From assembly GCA_041659505.1 (NCBI GenBank), contig JBAZYF010000001.1, positions 321,719 to 385,718 of the forward strand: 64,000 bases of DNA, given 5' to 3'. Made by a program: the position numbers and the translations under genes. Below the pieces are notes generated by a model. It was given only the letters and a program-made list of their open reading frames with translations. It ran no database searches and was not told where the DNA came from. Below are positions 49,020-58,143 of the stretch, piece by piece. This stretch comes from Parcubacteria group bacterium (GTDB lineage Bacteria > Patescibacteriota > Minisyncoccia > Moranbacterales > UBA2206). Numbering within the stretch: the stretch's first letter is position 1; each line of letters begins with the position of its first letter.

Positions 49020-49247
49020 AGAGCTAAGAAAATTTGAAAATAATCCGGAAGTGGAAATCGGAAATAATTGAGGGGAATTGTAAAACTAGCTAACAACTAT
49101 TTTATTATGCTTCATTGTTATCAATATTGTTAATAATCATGAATCATTAAACACGAATTGCTTATCCCCTCTCCTTAACAAGGAGATTTTACCTTCAACG
49201 ACTTGGAGGGAAAAGGGTGAGGCGAATTTAACTTTACTAATTAAAAA

Positions 49248-49286
49248 CATAGAAAAAAGGAGTTGCAATGATTGGCAACTCCTTTT
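49248..49286 (-). terminator. Cassette terminator with shared CATAGAAAAAAGG end
   Basis: ggagttgc..gcaactcc hairpin plus U-tract on the minus strand. Confidence 0.7.
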
Positions 49287-49321
49287 GATTATACCTGCAG
49301 AAAAAATCTTTTCCCCCTTTC

Positions 49322-50068
49322 TTATTTCGCGATAAAAATTTTGTAGATAGGATCATCTAAAAACTTCCGCCAGAAATTTTCCCCGTATTTCCGAATCCCC
49401 TCATTAGATACAAAGCACGGAAGCCATTCAACAGAAAACCCGATTTTTTCCAGGACTTCCTGGTAAGTTTTTTCACTCCAATAGATATCATCGAAGTCAA
49501 GAAATTTACTACCACCAAAATCAGATAGAGAAACATTGGACGGCTCGCCTTCTCGGCCAGTTGGTGATGAAATTCTTACGCCATAACCATCGTAGTCAGA
49601 GAAAGGAACGACGACCGCCAAAAATTCACCACCGGACTTGAGTACTTTCTTGACGTTGGAAAACAATTTTTCCAGCATTGCTCGTTCCGTACAGTAATGT
49701 ACCGATAAAATTGCCGTGACCAAATCGAATTTTCCCAAATCGCTCAAGTCATCAATAGCATTTCTGATTAAATATTTGATGGGTTCGTAAGAATCAATTT
49801 CCCGTGCTGTAATAATTTCTTTTTCAGAAATATCAATGCCTACAACTCTCCGCGCTCCGCATGAAAGTGCTAGACGACTGGAATTGCCCATGCCACAACC
49901 AACATCCAATACTCTCTTTCCAGAAAGATCGCCTAAATGCTTAACCAACGATGGCTGGAGAGTTAACTCTCGTAGTTCTCGTCTCGAAGCCTTGGCATAT
50001 TCATTTGCATTGGCATCATACATCACGGCAGTATCTGCAAACATCTTGTCCTGATTAATTTTTGACAT
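49322..50068 (-). CDS. Class I SAM-dependent methyltransferase
   Basis: VLDVGCGMG, GIDIS, FDLV, LKSGG. Confidence 0.88.
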   Translation of the reverse strand: MSKINQDKMFADTAVMYDANANEYAKASRRELRELTLQPSLVKHLGDLSGKRVLDVGCGMGNSSRLALSCGARRVVGIDISEKEIITAREIDSYEPIKYLIRNAIDDLSDLGKFDLVTAILSVHYCTERAMLEKLFSNVKKVLKSGGEFLAVVVPFSDYDGYGVRISSPTGREGEPSNVSLSDFGGSKFLDFDDIYWSEKTYQEVLEKIGFSVEWLPCFVSNEGIRKYGENFWRKFLDDPIYKIFIAK

Positions 50069-50269
50069 ATTATTTATTCCTTTTTTTAATGTGCAAATTT
50101 AATTTTCCCTCCATCTCAAGCCTCAAAACAATTTTGAAACTTGGGAAAAGGAGGCGAGCATAGTGCGATGATACGCGTGCTCGCCTTTCCTACAATAAAG
50201 AACGATTTAGGAGAATTAAGAGATATCTTCCTCAAGGATTATCTCTTGTTTTACCGGCTTAGATCTGTT

Positions 50270-50788
50270 TTATTGATGTGGAACTTCCAAATGCCAGTTG
50301 CCATTTTTAAAGCCATCATATTTTTGGTTAAACTTATCACCAAAAATCAGGGGCTTAATACTTTCCCAGAATTTCAAAAGTCTGGTCAAGCCCGATGAAT
50401 CATATTCAGCATAGCGATTTATTTGTATCATCATAAATAAATTTTCACGCTCTACACCATAATAAACCCAGAGTCTAACGCACCCGTCTTTCGTAGTGGT
50501 CGACATGCAATGGAAAGAACCATGGTACTTGTCAAAGTCATCTGAAGAAATCCATCCAAGCTTGCAAAAAACATTCTTTGCTTCTTCCTTCCTGTCATTG
50601 TCTTTCCATAGATTAATCAAGTTGTTACAGAATTCAATGCACTCCTCATCGGAATTCAACATTTGAAATGCTTTGCTGATAGGAATGCGACTTCTATTAA
50701 TAGTATCGTGAAAATAGAAAATAGCCACTTTCTCCCGATCATGAAAAGCTTTTTCGCCGATTATGATAGTATTCAATATATCGCTCAT
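50270..50788 (-). CDS. Hypothetical protein (ORFan, 172 aa)
   Basis: Start MSDIL with SD aaggag; upstream TTGACA-17-TATACT at 50859-50887. Confidence 0.6.
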   Translation of the reverse strand: MSDILNTIIIGEKAFHDREKVAIFYFHDTINRSRIPISKAFQMLNSDEECIEFCNNLINLWKDNDRKEEAKNVFCKLGWISSDDFDKYHGSFHCMSTTTKDGCVRLWVYYGVERENLFMMIQINRYAEYDSSGLTRLLKFWESIKPLIFGDKFNQKYDGFKNGNWHLEVPHQ

Positions 50789-50906
50789 TACTATTCTCCT
50801 TGTTTTAAAGGTACATTTTTTTGTCTCCCCGAGAATCCATTTCTCAGCTTGACTCCGGAGTATAGCACGTCTATTGTTTATTGTCAACAGTAATCTTGCG
50901 ACAATA

Positions 50907-50935
50907 TTGACATAAGTTTTAAACTGATGTATAAT
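50907..50935 (+). promoter_or_regulatory. Perfect consensus sigma-70 promoter
   Basis: TTGACA-17-TATAAT, back-to-back with the minus-strand promoter. Confidence 0.7.
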
Positions 50936-51166
50936 TAAGCCAGGATAAGGGATTTTTGGAATTTGGTCAGTTTGAGATTGACAGAAATCGATAGTGGACA
51001 TTTTGCGGACAGTCTCTACGAATTACGAATTTGTACGAATATACGAATGTAAAAATAACCCCCATGTGACTAGTTTTAGTTATATTTTAGTCAAACTTTA
51101 ATATAACTTGACTATAGTTTTAGTTTGATATATACTATAGTCATAATTGTTAACTTATTCATTTTT

Positions 51167-52375
51167 ATGCTCTACAAAAGAAAAATTAACGATGAAATCC
51201 TAAAATTCCTTGATTTAGAGGAAATAATTGTTTTGCATGGCGCCCGGCAAGTTGGTAAGACGCATATTTTACTGTGGCTGGAAGATTATCTGAAAAGCAA
51301 AGGAGAGGATGTATATTACATAGATTTGGAAGATTCGCGGTATAAAAAGCTACTAGACCTAGGAACCGCTGAATTTATCACCCACCTGAAGGAGGAGGGA
51401 CATTTCCCGAAAGAGAGCAAAAAAACTTTTGTATTTATTGATGAAATTCAGTATCTGGACAATCCTTCTGAGTTTTTGAAACTGATTGCCGATCATCACA
51501 AAAATATCAAGTTGATCGTGTCGGGATCTTCCAGCTTTGAGATAAAAAGCAAATTCAAAGATTCGCTTGTCGGACGAACGATTAATTTTGAAATTTTTAA
51601 CCTATCTTTTGAGGAATACTTAATGTTCAAAAAATACACCTATACTCCAAGTAAAAAAACAACAGCGCTAAAGCAAGCCGAATTAAGAGCTCTCTACAGA
51701 GAATTCGTTTTGTTTGGCGGCTATCCAAAAGTGGCACTGATTGACAATATTGAATTAAAAGAAAAGCGCTTGCAGCAAATCATTGATACCTACATCAGAA
51801 AAGATATCAAAGAATTAGCCAACATCGATAATATTGAAAGTTTCAACAAATTATTGGAGGTTTTGGCATCGCAAAGCGGTCAATTGGTTAATAGCAAAGA
51901 ATTAGCCAACACTTGCAAGCTATCCGCAATAACGATTGAAAAATATTTATTCATTCTCGAACAAACCTACATAATAAAATTAGTCAGGCCCTATAATAAA
52001 AACATTCGCAGCGAACTTTCTAAGATGCCAAAAGTATTCTTTTATGATTCTGGATTGATGCAGATGCTTTGGCTCAAAAGTTTGCAAAAAGAGCTTATTG
52101 GCAATGTTTTTGAAACTAGTATTTTCAGTGAACTCGTGAAAAAATATGGGAGAGATAAGGTTTATTATTGGCGGACAAAAGATAAAAAAGAAATTGATTT
52201 TATCGCTATTCCCAAAAATGAAATTGTTCCCATCGAAGTTAAAATTAATTTTAACAAAGCTAATCTATCGGCCATAAACTATTTTTTAGAAAATTATAAA
52301 CTGAGCAAATATCAAATAATTGGTCTTGATGGATATGAACAAAGAAAGGGCTGGGTTTATCCCTGGGAGATTTAA
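51167..52375 (+). CDS. AAA_14 ATPase with DUF4143
   Basis: GARQVGKT, FIDEIQ, SGSS, GGYP, FYDSGL, YYWRT...EIDF...IEVK. Confidence 0.9.
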   Translation: MLYKRKINDEILKFLDLEEIIVLHGARQVGKTHILLWLEDYLKSKGEDVYYIDLEDSRYKKLLDLGTAEFITHLKEEGHFPKESKKTFVFIDEIQYLDNPSEFLKLIADHHKNIKLIVSGSSSFEIKSKFKDSLVGRTINFEIFNLSFEEYLMFKKYTYTPSKKTTALKQAELRALYREFVLFGGYPKVALIDNIELKEKRLQQIIDTYIRKDIKELANIDNIESFNKLLEVLASQSGQLVNSKELANTCKLSAITIEKYLFILEQTYIIKLVRPYNKNIRSELSKMPKVFFYDSGLMQMLWLKSLQKELIGNVFETSIFSELVKKYGRDKVYYWRTKDKKEIDFIAIPKNEIVPIEVKINFNKANLSAINYFLENYKLSKYQIIGLDGYEQRKGWVYPWEI

Positions 52376-52393
52376 AATAAATTACACCTTTTT

Positions 52394-53140
52394 ATGGAAA
52401 ACGAACTAAAACAACTTGGGCTCACACCCAATGAAATCAAGATCTATAACGCGCTGTTGGAATTGGGCGAAAATACGGTGGGGCCACTGATCAAAAAGCT
52501 GGGGATGCATCGCCAGGTGGCTTATGACGCGCTGGAAGGATTAGAAAGTAAAAAGATGATTTTGAAAACTACCAAAAATAACCGCTTGGTTTTTCGGGTG
52601 GCTAATCCGCAAAATATTCTCGACAACATCAAGCAACAAGAAATCATCGCTTCTAGTTTGGTCGAAGAAATCAATTCCAAACTAACCGGTCAACAAAAAG
52701 GTCAAGAGATTCGAGTTTATGAAGGCGCCAAGGCTTATCGAGAGTTAATTAAAAGAAAAGATGATTTGATGCCGGAGAATTCGCAATACCTAGTTGTCAC
52801 TGGCGCGGCGATGAAATTCAAAGAAATAATGCTCAAATCCGGTGTGTTTGAAAGAAGTAACCGCATCCGCATGAAAAAAAATATCAAGACAAAATTGATT
52901 TTTGGCAACATCAGCTCCGCGGAAGCCCAGCTTGTCAAACGCGCCAACTCGGAATATCGCTTTTTGCCGGAAGGCTATTCTTCGCCAACATCATTTGACA
53001 TTTGGCACGACTCCATCACTCTCAATTCCTATGGCTCGGGAAACGGCGATGATATGTTTTGCATCGAAATCAAAAACGAAGACTTCCGCCAGTCTTATCT
53101 GACCTATTTCGATCTGCTTTGGAAGATGGCGAAAAAATAA
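52394..53140 (+). CDS. TrmB-like HTH transcriptional regulator (paralog 2)
   Basis: LGLTPNEIKIYNALLELG...HRQVAY..L, VYEG, FDLLWK. Confidence 0.85.
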   Translation: MENELKQLGLTPNEIKIYNALLELGENTVGPLIKKLGMHRQVAYDALEGLESKKMILKTTKNNRLVFRVANPQNILDNIKQQEIIASSLVEEINSKLTGQQKGQEIRVYEGAKAYRELIKRKDDLMPENSQYLVVTGAAMKFKEIMLKSGVFERSNRIRMKKNIKTKLIFGNISSAEAQLVKRANSEYRFLPEGYSSPTSFDIWHDSITLNSYGSGNGDDMFCIEIKNEDFRQSYLTYFDLLWKMAKK

Positions 53141-53148
53141 TTGAAATG

Positions 53149-53991
53149 CTATTTATTCAAAAGCCTCTTATTCTCCGGATTTTTTATAAAATTCTTTTTA
53201 GAAACCAGCGATCTGCCCAACTTAGTTTCCAATTCTTTTCTGGCATTGCCAGCAATTCTTCCGCCAATCTTTGCATCATCTTTCAGCTTTTTCACGCCTT
53301 TGGAATTTTCATTTTTATGAATTTCCGTTGTCGACCGCTCGCCAAGCATCGTAAAAATCAGCTCGAAATCATCCATATGATCACGCAAGTTTTCGCGCTT
53401 CAAGCCTTTTAGTTTTTTGTATTCAACCGGCGTCACGCCAAAAGTCGCTTTAGAAATTTCCGCTGTCAAAATTTCATAATCTCGATTTTCTCTTGCGCCT
53501 CGCTTTTGCCACTCATCCGTCAGTTCTTCGCGAATTACAATCCCGCGCATGCGCTTTTCGATCCAATCCTCGGAATAGCCCTTGAGCTTATAGAGTGCTC
53601 TGGTTCTTTTGGCTGCCAATTCCGGATCTTCGATTTCCTGCACTCGCTCATAACCAACTTTCGCCAGCCAGCGCTTCAGAGGCTCGGCTTTGGGCGAAGG
53701 AATTGATTGAATAATGCGAAACATCCCTTCGGTGTTAGCGCAATCGGTTTCACGCATTTTTCCATCAGGAGCCAGCAATTTCAACTGTCTACAAATTGTA
53801 GATAGTTGAAACTCGGCCTCATCTTTAACTCTTGCCTTCATCGCAGTCCAATAAACACTTGGGCGATCGCTATCTGTAAGCGCATAAATTACATCCACAA
53901 CCGAAAACCACCATTCATTTTGATAGATGATTTTTCGAATTTCCTTGCCCTTGAAAACGGCAACTTTCGTGGAGAAAATATTTTTGTTCAT
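53149..53991 (-). CDS. BRO-N domain protein
   Basis: WWFSVVDV..LT, RIIQSIPSPKAEP.K.WLA.VG.ER..E..DPEL. Confidence 0.88.
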   Translation of the reverse strand: MNKNIFSTKVAVFKGKEIRKIIYQNEWWFSVVDVIYALTDSDRPSVYWTAMKARVKDEAEFQLSTICRQLKLLAPDGKMRETDCANTEGMFRIIQSIPSPKAEPLKRWLAKVGYERVQEIEDPELAAKRTRALYKLKGYSEDWIEKRMRGIVIREELTDEWQKRGARENRDYEILTAEISKATFGVTPVEYKKLKGLKRENLRDHMDDFELIFTMLGERSTTEIHKNENSKGVKKLKDDAKIGGRIAGNARKELETKLGRSLVSKKNFIKNPENKRLLNK

Positions 53992-54066
53992 ATTTTTTTG
54001 TTTTAAAAAAATTATAGTGTTATTGTACCATTATAAATATCTTTTTGCAACTACTCCTTTTTTAGG

Positions 54067-54106
54067 CATAGAAAAAAGGGAATTGCTATGATAAGCAATT
54101 CCCCTT
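54067..54106 (-). terminator. Cassette terminator with shared CATAGAAAAAAGG end
   Basis: gggaattgct..agcaattccc; homologous to 49248-49286. Confidence 0.7.
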
Positions 54107-54164
54107 AAACCCTAAAACAAAGAACTAATGCGAGAGCAGCTCTGTTGCGCTGCTCTCCGAACCA

Positions 54165-55028
54165 TCATTCAAACATCGCTGAAAGCGGGAGCACTCCTAC
54201 GCCCCTTGCTTCCCATCTTTTTTCATACCGCCGAAGTTGTTCTTTATCGTCCTTCCCCTCTCCATTAGAGAGATATAAAACTGCCAAATAATAATCACTC
54301 GGACGGTTTTTGTTATATTTTTTTAGCCATATAGATATGGCATTATTTTCCCCTTCGAGACCTTTTCGACTTCCCTTTATGCGAATCCTTCGATCTGCAA
54401 CAAAAAGAAAGTCTCCTTCTTTCCTGACACTACCCCGAAGAGGAACATGCCAAGCCACCTCAAGAAAACTGGGAGGATCAATATCAACAGGATACAGGGA
54501 GACACAGAGTACTTCATGCTCTCCTTCTGAAACATCAACACGAAAATCTGGAGACTCACATGATTCAAATGCGCGTTCGAGCGCATCTACCCTTTCCGCT
54601 CTGCGCACCTGAGTTTGGTGATTCCTCTCGTCGATTAAACTTATCTCTGCGAGAGTGTCCTTTCGCACTCTCTCCCTCTCCAATTCCGAAACAGCAAGTG
54701 CGGCAACCAATACTTCCGCGGCTTCTTTTTTTAGCGCACTTTTCAGCGCACCTCTCCTTGCCAACTCGATATTGCAATCCGAATCGGACGAAGCGGCAAC
54801 GAAGAGGATGTTACGACTTTTCAAATAATCAGCGATTTCAATTGTGTTGCCACCGATTATGCAAAAGTCCAGAATCGCTCCAGCAATTTTTTCAGTCGTT
54901 AGTGTTTGAGATCTCCAATCAGCGACACTCTCAAGCTCAACGACTTCAAAACCATTGGAGTTCAGAACCTTTTGCCATCCATCCCGGATTGATTTTATAT
55001 CTTCTACTATCACTATTGTATTTTTCAT
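54165..55028 (-). CDS. Receiver-like domain fused to an unknown C-terminal domain
   Basis: IVIVED...AILDF...ASSD...K at the N-terminus; C-terminal half unrecognised. Confidence 0.6.
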   Translation of the reverse strand: MKNTIVIVEDIKSIRDGWQKVLNSNGFEVVELESVADWRSQTLTTEKIAGAILDFCIIGGNTIEIADYLKSRNILFVAASSDSDCNIELARRGALKSALKKEAAEVLVAALAVSELERERVRKDTLAEISLIDERNHQTQVRRAERVDALERAFESCESPDFRVDVSEGEHEVLCVSLYPVDIDPPSFLEVAWHVPLRGSVRKEGDFLFVADRRIRIKGSRKGLEGENNAISIWLKKYNKNRPSDYYLAVLYLSNGEGKDDKEQLRRYEKRWEARGVGVLPLSAMFE

Positions 55029-55080
55029 TTCTCTCTCCCTGCTCCATTTCTACCCCGCCGATGCAGACGGCAATTCATTG

Positions 55081-55266
55081 CTACCATCGTTTTATTCCAG
55101 CTACTGCAAGAATTGTCCCAAAAACACTCAATACAACTATTCCAGTAGCAGATAACATCCCCATACTTTGACATGATCTTCCGCCTTCAAATCCAAATTC
55201 CCAAATTAAGGCAAGAACCATGAGTGCCAATCCAACCAAAATCATCAAGAAACCTTTCTTTTTCAT
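55081..55266 (-). CDS. Small two-TM membrane protein
   Basis: MKKKGFLMILVGLALMVLALIW...; SD aaggag. Confidence 0.55.
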   Translation of the reverse strand: MKKKGFLMILVGLALMVLALIWEFGFEGGRSCQSMGMLSATGIVVLSVFGTILAVAGIKRW

Positions 55267-55436
55267 TTTCTTCTCCTTTTCACTCCTTCGTTTATTGCTA
55301 TACATATTCGATTTTAAAATAACTCTCTAATTCAGCTTAACGAGAAAGTATAGCACCAAAATACTATTTTGTCAATATATTTTGATGATAATATAATGAT
55401 ATTGACTTGGCTATAATAAAGGTGTATAACATAAGC

Positions 55437-56195
55437 ATGTCAAATAATCTTGATAAAAATTTATTATCAAATCTCCAAGCGCTAGGCCTGTCTGAAAAAG
55501 AAGCGGTTGTTTATGTCGATCTTTTGAAAAAAGCCCGGCCAGTCGGCAGTTCCAAGATAGTGACTAGCACCGGACTTCACGGGCAATATGTCTATAATTC
55601 GCTCTATGCACTAGAAGAAAAGGGGCTGGTCAAGCACAGTATCGTGAATGGTCGCAAGAAATTTGAATCCAATCCACCGGCACGTATCAACAACTTAATT
55701 GAAGAAAAACGGCTAGTGGCAAAAAAGACACTAGAACAACTAAGTGACATCGCTGTCCGCCCAATAGGGCAAGAATTCGAAGTGTATCAAGGCGAAACCG
55801 CCTACATCCAAAGGCAGTTCGATACCTTGGAAATTATGCCTGAAGGCGAAGAAATGGTAATTATTTCCACCGATTGGGGCGAGTTGTTCACTGAGAAGCG
55901 GACGGATTTTCTTGATGCCTATGAAAAACGGCGCAATGAAAAAAAAATTTCTATTCGTTTCATTCTAAATGAAGGGCTACGCAAAGTCGCCAAGCGATCA
56001 GACGAGACGCGCCTCCGGACTCAGTACCGCTTCCTACCGGATCATCACAGCTATGGCGGAATTTGCGTCTTCAATGATGCGGTAGATTTCTTCCTGAAAG
56101 GTGACCCAATTACTGTTTTTTCTTTCAAAAACCAAAAAACTACCGCCGGTTATCGCAATTTTTTTGAAGTATTGTGGGGAATGGGGAAAGAATAG
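55437..56195 (+). CDS. TrmB-like HTH transcriptional regulator (paralog 3)
   Basis: LGLSEKEAVVY..LL, VY..L..L.EKGLV, VYQG, FEVLW. ATG lies 6 nt after the -10 box (leaderless). Confidence 0.85.
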   Translation: MSNNLDKNLLSNLQALGLSEKEAVVYVDLLKKARPVGSSKIVTSTGLHGQYVYNSLYALEEKGLVKHSIVNGRKKFESNPPARINNLIEEKRLVAKKTLEQLSDIAVRPIGQEFEVYQGETAYIQRQFDTLEIMPEGEEMVIISTDWGELFTEKRTDFLDAYEKRRNEKKISIRFILNEGLRKVAKRSDETRLRTQYRFLPDHHSYGGICVFNDAVDFFLKGDPITVFSFKNQKTTAGYRNFFEVLWGMGKE

Positions 56196-56209
56196 ACAAA
56201 GAATTTATA

Positions 56210-56250
56210 CATAGAAAAAAGGGCACGGCCACAATAGGCAGTTCCCTTTT
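56210..56250 (-). terminator. Cassette terminator with shared CATAGAAAAAAGG end
   Basis: catagaaaaaagggcac...gttcccttttt. Confidence 0.6.
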
Positions 56251-56264
56251 TTTATTTTTTTTGA

Positions 56265-56570
56265 TCATATGCTTTTTTTCCTTAGTTTTTCGACCAATGC
56301 ATCTGATACAACATTAGCCAAGATTGTCATTGCGTGCTCAATGGCGGTGCGCGTCAAGGTGAAATTTAATAGAGTCAAGAGCGATTCTATCGCCAAGGCA
56401 AGCGTTTCATCCTTGACCCCCATAGTATCAATTGAGAAAAAAGCAACAAATTCTCTTTTTTGATTTTCAAAGAACAATTTTGCATCTTCCTCATTTTTGA
56501 TACCCGCAATTTGCACCGTGAGCAGACGATCTGCCCTATTTTTCAAAACAACAAAATTATGTTTTCTCAT
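56265..56570 (-). CDS. Hypothetical protein (ORFan, 101 aa)
   Basis: SD aaaggaggag; terminator downstream. Confidence 0.6.
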   Translation of the reverse strand: MRKHNFVVLKNRADRLLTVQIAGIKNEEDAKLFFENQKREFVAFFSIDTMGVKDETLALAIESLLTLLNFTLTRTAIEHAMTILANVVSDALVEKLRKKSI

Positions 56571-56691
56571 GATTGCTCCTCCTTTTTTTTGGTTGTTGTT
56601 TTTAAAATTAGATTTGGCTACAAAAATCAGCCTGATGCAAAAAAATCTTTTTTATGCTAGTCTAGAAAAGCTAAATTTTGATTGATAAAGT

Positions 56692-57633
56692 ATGCCAGAA
56701 CTGCCAGAAGTTGAGACAATTACAACAGATTTAAACCAAAAAGTCAAGGGATTGATTATTACAAAATTTTGGTCAGATTTTCCGTCGGCCATAAAAGGCA
56801 CGACGCTTTTGCAGTTTCAACGCGAGATGAAAAACAAAAAAATCCTTTCCGCCCAGCGGGTGGGGAAAAATATATTCCTCCATCTTTCTGGCGGGAAATC
56901 GCTGCATATTCATTTGCGGATGACGGGACATTTGCTTGTGAAATTAAATCCACCTCACCCTAGCCCTCTCCTTAGTAAGGAGAGGAGACAAAAATACAAA
57001 AAAAGCCCTTCTCCTTACCAAGGAGAAGGTGGCCGTAGGCCGGATGAGGTGGATTTTTTCAACGATAAGGTCAATCAATATATTCACCACATTTGGTATT
57101 TAAATAAAAACAAGACATTGGAATTTTCTGATTTGCGAAAGTTTGCAACGATGCGACTTCTGGAGACAAATAGTATTAAAAAATATTTGGCGGAAAAAAA
57201 GATTGGTATTGATGCGATGAGTGAACAGTTTACGCTGACAAAATTCAATGAACTGCTTGACGCTAAACCAAAAATGCTCATTGGCATCTTCCTCCTTGAT
57301 CAAAGTATCATTTCCGGCATTGGAAACATCTATCGCAGTGAGATTCTTTTTGCCTCCGGAGTTTTGCCAGAACGCAAAAATGAAAGTCTGGAAAAAGACG
57401 AGCGCAAAAAAATCTTTCTGGCCACAAAAAAAATCCTAAAACTGGCCATCAAAATGCGCGGAACATCCGACAGTGATTATCGCGACTCAGATGGTGCGCC
57501 GGGACATTTTCAAGAAATGCTAAAAGTCTATCGTCGAGATAAATTGCCATGTCCCGCAAAATGCGGCGGACTAATTTTGCGCAAAAAAATGGCACAAAGA
57601 AGTGTGTTCTTTTGTGCCAAATGCCAGAAATAA
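56692..57633 (+). CDS. mutM: Formamidopyrimidine-DNA glycosylase with an in-frame palindromic insertion
   Basis: MPELPEVET, HLRMTG, D.RKF, LLDQ..ISGIGNIY, C-terminal zinc finger. Confidence 0.95.
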   Translation: MPELPEVETITTDLNQKVKGLIITKFWSDFPSAIKGTTLLQFQREMKNKKILSAQRVGKNIFLHLSGGKSLHIHLRMTGHLLVKLNPPHPSPLLSKERRQKYKKSPSPYQGEGGRRPDEVDFFNDKVNQYIHHIWYLNKNKTLEFSDLRKFATMRLLETNSIKKYLAEKKIGIDAMSEQFTLTKFNELLDAKPKMLIGIFLLDQSIISGIGNIYRSEILFASGVLPERKNESLEKDERKKIFLATKKILKLAIKMRGTSDSDYRDSDGAPGHFQEMLKVYRRDKLPCPAKCGGLILRKKMAQRSVFFCAKCQK

Positions 57634-57646
57634 TCTAACTTTTTTT

Positions 57647-57817
57647 GTGTCATTCCCGCGAAGGCGGGAATCCAGGTTCCACTAGTTTTAAACTCTGAAA
57701 AATCGAGCCACAGGTCTGACAAGCTCTCGGTTTCAGAAAGTCTTGCATTTTAACAATTTGTTTTTACTTTATTTTTAACCTGAGGTGCCTGGATTCCCGC
57801 CTTCGCGGGAATGACAC
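57647..57817. mobile_element. MITE-like element, family C copy 2
   Basis: gtgtcattcccgcgaaggcgggaatccagg ... cctggattcccgccttcgcgggaatgacac. Confidence 0.8.
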
Positions 57818-57867
57818 GGTTCTTGTTTATATAAAAGACGCAGCAGTGCTGCGTCTCTACGATATTT

Positions 57868-58086
57868 CTATTTTACAAATTTAAACCGCGGAACTTTTTT
57901 ACCATCAATCACAACTTCTTCCAGAAACGTTTTCTTCGGCCTAACCCAAAGAGCATTTTCGCCGAATTCTTTGCTAGCATAGAGAGCGCGATAGACAACC
58001 AATTCTTCCAACGTTTCGCTATGATGTGCCACGCCAAGCACTTCATAGTATTTGCCTTTATAGTGTTGATATTTTCCTAACTTCAT
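57868..58086 (-). CDS. DUF1653 family protein
   Basis: G.YQHYKG..YEV..VA.HSET.E.LVVYRALY...WVRP...F. Confidence 0.9.
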   Translation of the reverse strand: MKLGKYQHYKGKYYEVLGVAHHSETLEELVVYRALYASKEFGENALWVRPKKTFLEEVVIDGKKVPRFKFVK

Positions 58087-58143
58087 GCTTTAAGAATTTA
58101 AAATTGATTGAAAATTGTGAATTGTGAATTGAAAATTTCACCT

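Noticed and set aside
43948-53991. Prophage suggested by ORF6N and BRO-N genes
   Set aside because: They are isolated singletons among housekeeping genes, with no integrase, terminase or capsid.
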